Source: an uncultured Chromatiaceae bacterium
GTDB lineage: Bacteria; Pseudomonadota; Gammaproteobacteria; Chromatiales; Chromatiaceae
Reading direction: 5' to 3'
DNA: 22,883 nucleotides
Assembly (NCBI GenBank): GCA_964538875.1
Contig: CAZIHO010000051.1
Coordinates: 1-22,883 of the forward strand
Part shown: in pieces, positions 9,166 to 16,550 of the stretch
Position numbering within the stretch: the first letter of the stretch is position 1
How the letters are laid out: the number at the start of each line of letters is the position of its first letter
The notes under the pieces: generated by a model
Seen by the model: the letters and a program-made list of their open reading frames with translations, nothing else
What the model was told of the DNA's origin: nothing
The model's database searches: none
Made by a program: the position numbers and the translations under genes

Positions 9166-11782
9166 CCTTAGCACCCAGCCCTTCACGCTGATCCTGGCGG
9201 ACAGCCTCACCAACGACTTCATGGGCGGCGGGGCGTTCGAGCAAACCGGAGTACATATCGGCCAGCGGGACGTGGAGCGGCTGATGGGGGCCGGCAGCGC
9301 GGCCGGCAACGGCCCCCTGCCCACTTTCTTGAGTCAGGCGGTGGCAGCCCGCCGCCAAGGCCGGCCCATCGGCCTGATCCTGGTGCGGGATTGCCACGAC
9401 CCCAAAGACCCGGACCAACTGCCGGAACTGCTCCGCTATGGCCGTCATAACGTCCGGGGCGAACAAGGCGCCGCCTTTTTGCCCTTCCTCAAGCCCCTGC
9501 TAAGTGCGGCCGCCATCCTGGAAACCCGCTCCCTGTCCCTGCCCCTCAAATCTCTGCGGCGGGTGACGCGACGCCTGTTAGGACAGGATCTACTGACCCT
9601 GAACGGGGAACAGCGGCGGCTGCTACGCTGGGTGCTGGTGGGGTGCCACACGGACAAGCGGATCCTGGGCACCGCCAATCTGTTGCGCAACGTGTTGGAA
9701 TTTCCCAATGTCGCGGTCTGCCCCCATCTGGTGGGGAGCAGTAACCACGAGGCCCACCTGGCCAGCTTGCAGGTGGCTCTGCCGGATGCCTTGGTGCAGG
9801 TGTTTCCCGATCTCCGCGCCCTGCTGGGGTTCGCCGGCCTGGCGAAAAAGCCGTTCCGCCAGTTCGACTGCCGGGGCGCGGCGCTGGGGCCACCCGGCGT
9901 GATCCAGTCCTTGAACGCGGACCAGAGGCACATCCTGGAGCTGGCTTTTCTCCGTTGCTCCCAGGTGACCCTGCAACCTTTGAGCGGCGGATTTAGCGGC
10001 AGTCTGCTGTGGCTGGCGCGGCGCCAGATCGACGGCGTGGCGGGGGCGCCGGTGGTGGTCAAGATCGACCGGCATGGGGCTATGCAAAAGGAATTGGAAG
10101 GCTACGACCGGGTCAAGGCCATCTTTGGTAGTCAGGTGCCCAGCTTCGGTACGCCCATCTCGTCCGGCGGTCATACCGGCATCCTCATGGAACTGGCCTC
10201 CCGTTCCGGCACGCCCCACACCCTGCAATGGCTGTTTGAGCAGGCGGTGGAACAGCGCGACCCGGACCAATTCCTAGCCCCGCTCCGGGCCAGCCTGGAA
10301 TTGCTGCACCAGCGCCTGTACCGGCCCACCTTGCGCCGGTGCCGCTTCTCGCCCTGGCAGCGGCTCGGGCTGTCCGCGCCCCAGCAATGGGAGTGGCTCA
10401 GGGAGAATATCGGCCACATCACCAACGACGGCTGGCAAGGCGGCCCGATCCGGCTGACGCCGGATCTGGTGTTGGAGGACTTCACCGCCCTGTTCCAGCA
10501 ACTGGCCGCCGACTCCCATTGGCTGCCCGGCGCCCATTGCCTTGGCCATGGAGATCTGAACCTGGCCAACATCATCCTGGATGACCTGGCCAATGTCTGG
10601 TTCATCGACTGGACCCACGCCGGGTTGCTGCCCGTGGAATTGGATCTGGCCAAGCTGGAAAACGACATCAAGCTGGTGGTCAGCAAGGGGCTGGCCCACC
10701 AGGACCTGGGGGACCTCCTGATCCTGGAGCGTCTGCTGCTGGAACAGCGGCTACCCCTGCCCCTGGAGGAAGCGGCCAAGCGGTTGCCGGGGTTGGCCAG
10801 CGACCCGCACCTGGCCTTGGTTTACCAATCCGTGGCCGCCATCCGCCAGCGATACGCGGACCTGCATCCAGAGCAGGATGACACCCTGTATCAAATCGCC
10901 TTGCTGCGTTATGCCACCCATACCCTCAGTTTCGATGCCCGGCGCGGGCGGGGCGAGTGCAGCTTGGAGCAACTGCGACACGCCCTGGGCACCGTGCATC
11001 TGCTGGTGCAACAACTGGCTAGGGGCGATTTTCACCGGCTGACCCCCGCCGTGCGGCCCGACTCCTACCCGGACCGGCAACGGCTACCCCGGGAACTGGC
11101 ACCCTGGCCAGTGCCCTGTCCGGACTATCAGCCCCCCTTCCATGAGGACCCCATCCTGTCCCACAGCGACTGGGCTGATCCCCTGGACATGGACTGGGCG
11201 CCGCCGGATGACGCCGACCCTTGGCGGGACCCCCTGGGCCGTCCCCTCAATCCACGGGGCCGCACCGGCTTGGCGGGACGGGGGCTGCTGGGCCGCTGGG
11301 GCGCCAACCGGGCGGTGGATCCGGTTATCACCCGGATCAATCCCGGTAACGGCCGGCTGGAACTGCTGCTGGGCCGCCGTTGGGACACCGGCGAAAGCTC
11401 CCTGCCAGGCTGTATGCGGCTGGCGGGGGAAAGCGAGGCCCAGGCCCTGGTCCGCTGCCTGCGGCTCAAGGCCGGGATTTCCCTGCCCATGAAAGCGGGC
11501 AGCCGGGTCTACCGGGGGCCGGTGGACGATTTCCGGGACACGGACCACGCCTGGATCGAAAGCAGCACCTGGAGTTGGCATTTGACCGGCAAGGCGGCCC
11601 GGCGCCTGTACTTCCGGGGCGGCGGCGGTCTCGGCGAACTGGGCTGGACGGGCATCAGCCCCGAACTGCTGCGGAGCCTGTTCGCGGGCCACGCGGACCT
11701 GGTACGGTGCGCCCTGCGCTGGCGGGCCGCCCGCCGCGAGCCCGGCGCCGATCAGATGGAACAGCTTTTACGGGAGAGTTGA
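9155..11782 (+). CDS. Three-domain protein, 875 aa: N-terminal isochorismatase/cysteine-hydrolase-like domain, central APH/protein-kinase-like phosphotransferase domain, C-terminal NUDT9-type Nudix (ADP-ribose-binding/pyrophosphatase-like) domain.
   Basis: N-terminal domain: '[11 protein letters not shown]...[13 protein letters not shown]...[13 protein letters not shown]...[18 protein letters not shown]' follows the isochorismatase/PncA pattern (VIDxQNDF ... HCVxGTxGAxF ... VVGIATDxCV). Middle domain: '[30 protein letters not shown]' is the HGD catalytic loop plus the DFG-equivalent of APH/choline-kinase-fold enzymes. C-terminal domain: '[29 protein letters not shown]' and '[25 protein letters not shown]' closely match human NUDT9 ('[29 protein letters not shown]', '[25 protein letters not shown]'). 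The start overlaps the MVP stop by 11 nt, with an AGGAGA RBS upstream. Confidence 0.8.
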   Translation: [875 protein letters not shown]

Positions 11783-11789
11783 CCTGACC

Positions 11790-12353
11790 TTGGAACGAAC
11801 CTCCACCACCCACCCCATCCGCATCGACTGGGTGTCCCTGGGCGGCCGGGGCCGCATCGGCATGACCTTCTGTCCCGGCAAGGTCCAGGACGACGCCTGG
11901 ACCGGCCGCTGGCGCCGGGATCTAGGCACCGATCTGCTGGCCATCCGCCGCTGGGGGTGCCGCCTGCTGCTGTCCCTGATCGAGGAACCGGAATACCTGG
12001 AATTAGGCGTTCCAAATCTGGGAGCAGAGGCCCAGCGCTACGGCTTGGCCTGGCAGCCGCTGCCCATCCGGGATCGATGCGCCCCGGACCAGCGTTTCGA
12101 GGCGGCCTGGCCCCAGCTATGGCCACAGGTGCAAGAGGTATTAGAGCAGCGGGGAGACCTGGTGCTGCACTGCAAAGGCGGACTGGGACGCACCGGAACC
12201 CTGGCCGCCTGCCTGCTGGTCAGTTTCGGCGAGTCACCGGCCAGCGCCCTGGGCCGGGTGCGTCTGGCCCGTCCGGGAACGGTGGAAACCCCGGCCCAGG
12301 AAGCCTATGTGCGGGCTTGGCCCGCCAGGTGGGCAAGTCTGGGCCAAAAATAA
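11790..12353 (+). CDS. CDKN3/KAP-like dual-specificity protein phosphatase (CX5R active site), 187 aa, TTG start.
   Basis: Active-site loop 'LHCKGGLGRTGTLAACLLVS' matches the CX5R signature (HCxxGxGR[ST]G). It is especially close to human CDKN3 'IHCYGGLGRSCLVAACLLLY'. A GGGAGAG RBS lies 11 nt upstream of the TTG, and the gene begins 7 nt after the previous stop. Confidence 0.7.
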   Translation: MERTSTTHPIRIDWVSLGGRGRIGMTFCPGKVQDDAWTGRWRRDLGTDLLAIRRWGCRLLLSLIEEPEYLELGVPNLGAEAQRYGLAWQPLPIRDRCAPDQRFEAAWPQLWPQVQEVLEQRGDLVLHCKGGLGRTGTLAACLLVSFGESPASALGRVRLARPGTVETPAQEAYVRAWPARWASLGQK

Positions 12354-12388
12354 GTCAGGCCCATCCTGGATGCGCCGGGATCAGACCA

Positions 12389-12690
12389 GATCCACCCGGC
12401 TGCCGTTCCATTGGACCGCCCCGGTCCCGGCCCTCGTACACCCGGGAGCCTGGCGCACGGCTGCCAATCAGTACCCATGTCCCAGCGGTTGGGATAGGGT
12501 TTCCAGGCGCCTTCGATGCCGCTGGTGGTGGCGCAACCCCCCAGGCCAGACCTGCTCACCATCTCCAAACTGCCCGGCGATGCTGTTACCCGCATCATCA
12601 GCCGGCACTATGCCCACCTGTGCCACAACACCCTGAAAGCTGCCGTCACCAATCGGCCCAGCTTGGGGCATCAGGCCGAAACCAAAAGGA
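12389..12690 (-). pseudogene. katG: Catalase-peroxidase (katG) gene fragment, internally deleted and frameshifted.
   Basis: DNA is ~88% identical to two separate parts of the intact katG in this window. Segment 12389-12480 matches katG 17925-18025 (C-terminal lobe, 'DMGTDWQP...'). Segment 12472-12560 matches katG 19018-19095 (N-terminal lobe, '[11 protein letters not shown]...WDMG'). The two are joined at a shared 'cccatgtcc' (DMG) junction. An 8-nt indel ('tgccccgg') and further indels break the frame. Confidence 0.65.
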
Positions 12691-12788
12691 AGCCAGACCC
12701 ACGGTCTGCACGTGCAAGCGCAGACGTGCCCTGCAAGGGGATGGGCGCGGAGCGGGAACGCGCTGGCGGGAGTGGCATCCGACGACGG

Positions 12789-13070
12789 ATAGGAAATCCA
12801 ACCGGCCCAGGAAACCATCCCTTTTTGTTGTTTATGATCAGATAGTTAGCGAGCACCCGGATGTAGGTTTAGTAGGCTGGAGGCACCTGCCAAAGCCTCC
12901 GGTAAGAATCTGGCGGCAGGTTTTTAGCGGTTGGGAAGCAGACGGGGAACCGCTTGCGGAATCTAACGCAAGCTCAATCCAGCTTCGCACCAGGTGGCCT
13001 CACAGAACTCTCGGTTAGTATGCCGGTGCCTCGGCTGCGGAACCGCTTACCAACTGCCGGTCTGGTCGAA
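12789..13070. repeat. 282-bp repeat element, copy 1 (no terminal inverted repeats; probable non-autonomous mobile element).
   Basis: Direct sequence comparison shows ~93% identity to 14198-14480 over the full length, in the same orientation. Contains conserved hairpins ('ctggaggc-acctgccaaa-gcctccgg', 'gcttgcg-gaatctaa-cgcaagc'). Confidence 0.85.
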
Positions 13071-13121
13071 TTGGCCGACGACTCGGCCGAGGCCGTGTTT
13101 GCCAGGATCAAGGGGCGGTGA
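13071..13121 (+). pseudogene. 3'-terminal remnant (~16 codons) of an antitoxin gene (TIGR02574-like 'addiction module component'), truncated by the upstream repeat.
   Basis: Frame reads '...LVELADDSAEAVFARIKGR*', with TGA overlapping the GTG start of the downstream ParE-like gene (GTGA). The '...IPAEEVFARLRAR'-type C-terminus is typical of antitoxins paired with the RFPY-type RelE/ParE toxins. The match to the repeat consensus ends at exactly 13070. Confidence 0.35.
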
Positions 13122-13412
13122 GGATTCGCGTCCTCTCCCGCGCCGAGGAAGAATTTGTTGAAGCGGTCAAGATACAACAATGAGCGTCCCAGACTTGGCC
13201 ACGAGTACATTGAGGAGGTGCAGGCCGTCTTCGACCGCATTCATGCCTTCCCCGACCCATGCCCGATCTTTTCCGTCCGTGCGCGTCGCTGCCTCGTCAG
13301 GCGTTTCCCGTATCCTATCCTCTACCAAGTCCGCGCCGACCGCATCCTCGTTCTCGCCATCATGCACCTCAAGCGTGACCCCAATGCCTGGCGCCAACGG
13401 GCAACCAACTGA
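13118..13412 (+). pseudogene. RelE/ParE-family toxin gene (~98 codons) with a +1 frameshift near 13171.
   Basis: N-terminal frame: 'VRIRVLSRAEEEFVEAVK', then premature stop at 13181. The rest is in the -2 frame: 'YNNERPRLGHEYIEEVQAVFDRIHAFPDP...VRRFPYPILYQVRADRILVLAIMHLKRDPNAWRQR'. Together they match the ~97-aa RelE/ParE toxins ('YRIRVLPRAE..L.EI..YY......LG..FL.EV......I...P........VRRAPVRRFPYGVFYRV.GD.VVVLAVYHTRRDP..W'). A single extra 'a' in 'aag A tac aac' creates the shift. Confidence 0.6.
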
Positions 13413-13631
13413 GCCGTCTCGTATCGCAGCACCGATAACTTCGGTTGATCGTTCCCGCACGGGAAGCGACTCTTGGGATTGGAGCTTATGGATACTGCTC
13501 CGCCCGCTTCACCCGCTTGTAGAGATCCTTCTCACGGGGTTCCAAGGGCGTAGCCGGGCAGGGGTTGAGGACCTCCACCCTGCGGTTGGCGTTGTACTGG
13601 ACTGGACCACCACCCGCGGGGCGGGTCTACC

Positions 13632-14108
13632 CTATGGCTTCTTCAGCGGATCGTTGGCGACCTTGGGGTCCAGGTAATCGATCAGCGCCACGAGGCCGCC
13701 CTTCAAGGCGTAGACGTTACTGAAGCCGATGTCCCGCAGGGCCACGGCGATCAGGGTGCAGCGCAGTCCCTGCTGGCAAACTACCAGGACCTTCTTGTCG
13801 GTGGGGATCCGCGCGAGATTGTCCGGTTGAAACACCTCGTTCATCTGCATGGACAAGGTATCCGGGTTACCGATACCGAGCACGCGGCGTTCCGCTGGCG
13901 TACGCACATCCAGTATCACCACGGACTCGCCGGCCTTGATCCAGTTGACCAGCGTTTCCGGGGGTATCCTGGCCAGGGCCTTGGGGGTATTGGCATCGGC
14001 GAAGGGGGCGAACAGCCCCTCGTACTGTTTGGCCTTGGTCGCGTCATAGGCACCGGCCGTGCCCATGAGCAGCATCAGCAGGGGCAGCATGAACAGGCGC
14101 CATTTCAT
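13632..14108 (-). CDS. Periplasmic single-domain rhodanese (sulfurtransferase), 158 aa, with signal peptide.
   Basis: N-terminal signal peptide 'MKWRLFMLPLLMLLMGTAGA'. Rhodanese active-site loop 'VVCQQGLRCTLIAVALRDIGFSNVYALKGG' (Cys in the CxxGxR loop). A GAGGAG RBS lies 7 nt upstream. Confidence 0.8.
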   Translation of the reverse strand: MKWRLFMLPLLMLLMGTAGAYDATKAKQYEGLFAPFADANTPKALARIPPETLVNWIKAGESVVILDVRTPAERRVLGIGNPDTLSMQMNEVFQPDNLARIPTDKKVLVVCQQGLRCTLIAVALRDIGFSNVYALKGGLVALIDYLDPKVANDPLKKP

Positions 14109-14197
14109 CTCGTTTCTCCTCAGTGAGCGGAATCAATCATCCGTAATTTTTGGCTATACCCGCCGGGGCAGGCACTTGCCATGATTTTTCGCAACAA

Positions 14198-14480
14198 ATA
14201 GGAAATCCAACCGGCCCAGGAAACCATCCCTTATGTTTCGTTTATGATCAGATACTTAGCGAGCACCCGGATGTAGGTTTAGTAGGCTGGAGGCACCTAC
14301 CAAAGCCTCTGGCAAGAATCTGGCGGCAGGCTTTTAGCGGTTGGGAGGCAGACGGGGAACCGCTTGCGGAATCTAACGCAAGCTCAATCCAGCTTCGCAC
14401 CAGGTGGCCTCACAGAGCTCTCGGTTAGTATGCCGGTGCCTCGGCTGAGGGACCGCTTACCAACTGACGGTCTGGTCAAA
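14198..14480. repeat. 282-bp repeat element, copy 2.
   Basis: ~93% identical to 12789-13070 in the same orientation. It lies immediately 3' of the IS91-family transposase C-terminal remnant on the minus strand. Confidence 0.85.
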
Positions 14481-14639
14481 CGGGAAGTCATGCTGCACTT
14501 CCCTGTGCAGCACCCTTCGGGCGGCCTAGGGCCGTGCAAACCGGCTTTCCTGCCGGTTGTTCAGGTTCAGGCTGGGCCAGGGGATCAAATGACGGCAAGG
14601 CTTGCGCGCCTGTCGCTGGTTGTCCCTCGCTTTCCTCCC

Positions 14640-14886
14640 ACCAAATAGGTGGCCCCCTGACCGGGGAGACCTTATGCGGATCGGTGGGCTGGCCGATGTG
14701 CTTCAGGATGCGGAGGACCGTTGAACCCTGGGGAACGAAGGCGATAATCCGCAGGTCAGCCGAGCAGTTCGGACAGGTGAGCGGCACCGACTCGTACAGA
14801 CGGGCCAAGAGAACGGCCCAGAGATACCGGGCCGGAGAGCGCCAGCACCCTCGTCGGCTAAGGAACTTAACTGCCCCGCTGACCAA
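14640..14886 (-). mobile_element. IS91-family (HUH rolling-circle) transposase, C-terminal remnant only.
   Basis: 'YLWAVLLARLYESVPLTCPNCSADLRIIAFVPQGSTVLRILKHIGQPTDPHKVSPVRGPP' matches the conserved C-terminus of IS91/IS801-type transposases ('LLARVFE.DVL.CP.CGG.MRIIAFIED..VI.KIL.HLGL......PP'). There is no upstream catalytic HUH/Y2 part. The ORF abuts the low-GC island. Confidence 0.55.
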
Positions 14887-15004
14887 ATGGGCGACTCGGC
14901 TCCCATGAGCGTCTGGCTGTCCAAAAAGTCCTGCGCCAGATCGCTGCTTATGGCGGTGACATCCCGAAGGAATTGATCGTCTAATTGCAAGTAGAAAGTC
15001 AATA

Positions 15005-15035
15005 GCGCGGACAAATGTCCGCGCCGTTTTTCTTA
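15005..15035. terminator. Stem-loop terminator-like hairpin immediately after the GT2 gene stop, possibly bidirectional.
   Basis: 'GCGCGGACA-aat-TGTCCGCGC' is followed on the + strand by 'CGTTTTTCTT' and on the - strand by 'TATTGACTTTCT'. It starts directly after the TGA of the 15036-16517 gene. Confidence 0.5.
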
Positions 15036-16517
15036 TCAGGGAAGTCGTGGAGTTATGGTAATGGAGGAAACAGGCACTCCAAGCAATCTTTTATCTTTAG
15101 GGACAAGCCAGGGCTCGCAAGTTAATGCAAAACGGGTTGGTGCATCTTCGTTTACCTGAAACGAAATCCTTCGCGGAGCGCGTTCCTGCAAAACTGGCAT
15201 TGGCTTCTCGTTGATATAAAATTTTAAATTCTCTATAGGCCGAATAGCCATTAACCAGTCAATCTCCAGATCATAATTACCCGGCACCAGGGAAATTTCT
15301 ATCATTGCAACGGGTTCGCTCCACCTAAATCTTTTGCCCTGCCATTCTTCAGAAGCATAAAAGCCCCCAAAAGGGTAAGAGCGCGCTTCATCCGCAGTCC
15401 ATCGTAGGGATGAAGTGGCTGCTGAAGGCTTTTCCTCAATATCGAAAGCGAAGCGAACTCTTTCAAGCTTAACCGTCGCATCGATCAGCTGCAAAAATTG
15501 TGTGTGTAGATAAGATTTTCCGAACCGCAAATTGAGCAAAAGGGTTAAGAGCCATCGTTTAACTTGAAATCGAAGCCAGGCATGGGTCAGGGATGTTCTC
15601 TTTAATGTTTCAAATGGAAAACTTAATCTAAGTAACATCAAGCCGCGTGCAAATATCTCACGAGGGCTCAAACATCTTCGGAAAGACTTCGAATGCGAAT
15701 TGGATGACAGCCTAAATGCCCTGTCATATAATCTCGAATTCCATCGATAGAAATTCAGCCACTCGAGCGGGTCTGGAAAATAAGAGCGGCTTTCATCATC
15801 TTTATATTTTGAAAGGTATGTCATTTCCCCACGGGCAAAATCTTCCGAAAATTTAATTAACTCTTTTATTTCTCCGATATAATAATGATGCACTTGGGCT
15901 TCTGGTACATACCCGATTTGATATCCATTTTGGTGCATTCGGGCAGCTAAATGCCATTCAGCAAAGTGACCAAGTTCGGGGTTAAATCCGCCTGCCTTAT
16001 GGTAATTTCCTGCACGCACTACAAAACATTGATCTAATATTCTCCTCCAAGGACATTCATTCATACCATAAAGGAGATCGGCTTCATACATATCGGCTTC
16101 GATCACAGACAGGCGATTGTGCGTTATACGAATAGATTGGCAGGAAAACCCTGCCCAGTCCGGATGTTCATCAATCGCTTTATCTGCTACGGACAAAATA
16201 TTTCGATCTGGCAAAACATGAGATTCGGTGAAAAACAATATTTCACCTTGGGCTTGTCGGGCGCCAAATGCACATAAAGCCATGTCGTGAGGCTCATCAA
16301 AGAGCAACAATCGATCATATTCACTCAATAGGGTCTTGAAATATGCAATTGTCTTTAAATCTAATGAGAATCGGCACCCAACAGCAACGACTTCAAATTG
16401 TTCGCGCAGGTAATCTTGCTCTTTAACCCAACGGCGTAGACATTCTTCACTTTGCCCACGATGGAACTCTAATGGAATAATGATCGAAAAACGAAAGGAC
16501 GGTTTTTTTTCAGCCAT
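15036..16517 (-). CDS. Family-2-like (GT-A fold) glycosyltransferase with a ~250-aa C-terminal domain of unknown function, 493 aa, low GC.
   Basis: N-terminus 'FSIIIPLE' and 'AQGEILFFTESHVLPD' match the GT2 start and DxD region. '...VRAGNYHKAGGFNPELGHFAEWHLAARMHQNGYQIGYVPEAQVHH' matches the GT2 'GGF.E......ED.DL..R....G..I.Y.P.A.V.H' region. Local GC (~45%) is far below the flanking DNA. It is 33 nt downstream of the sulfotransferase gene on the same strand. Confidence 0.65.
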   Translation of the reverse strand: MAEKKPSFRFSIIIPLEFHRGQSEECLRRWVKEQDYLREQFEVVAVGCRFSLDLKTIAYFKTLLSEYDRLLLFDEPHDMALCAFGARQAQGEILFFTESHVLPDRNILSVADKAIDEHPDWAGFSCQSIRITHNRLSVIEADMYEADLLYGMNECPWRRILDQCFVVRAGNYHKAGGFNPELGHFAEWHLAARMHQNGYQIGYVPEAQVHHYYIGEIKELIKFSEDFARGEMTYLSKYKDDESRSYFPDPLEWLNFYRWNSRLYDRAFRLSSNSHSKSFRRCLSPREIFARGLMLLRLSFPFETLKRTSLTHAWLRFQVKRWLLTLLLNLRFGKSYLHTQFLQLIDATVKLERVRFAFDIEEKPSAATSSLRWTADEARSYPFGGFYASEEWQGKRFRWSEPVAMIEISLVPGNYDLEIDWLMAIRPIENLKFYINEKPMPVLQERAPRRISFQVNEDAPTRFALTCEPWLVPKDKRLLGVPVSSITITPRLP

Positions 16518-16550
16518 AATAAAATTCTATTGCTGTTTGAGCGCAATGCT

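Noticed and set aside
11957-13018. 353-aa + strand ORF running from inside the phosphatase gene across the katG fragment and repeat copy 1.
   Set aside because: Out of frame with the well-supported phosphatase. Crosses unrelated elements. Its portion inside the 282-bp repeat differs from copy 2 by mostly non-synonymous changes (V->L, PV->LA, V->A, T->A), so it is a GC-frame artefact, not a gene.
13490-13630. Short minus-strand reading frame 'PVQYNANRRVEVLNPCPATPLEPREKDLYKRVKRAEQYP*' just downstream of the rhodanese gene. It faintly resembles the '...GRA.NRRVEI' end of OmpA-like C-terminal domains.
   Set aside because: Only ~10 residues resemble the motif. There are 27 non-matching residues after it and no upstream domain. 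Insufficient to call a gene remnant.
14150-14428. 92-aa ORF inside repeat copy 2, conserved in frame with copy 1.
   Set aside because: Same reasoning: no purifying selection between copies, no start/RBS context, no homology signal. The repeat is better explained as a non-coding mobile element.
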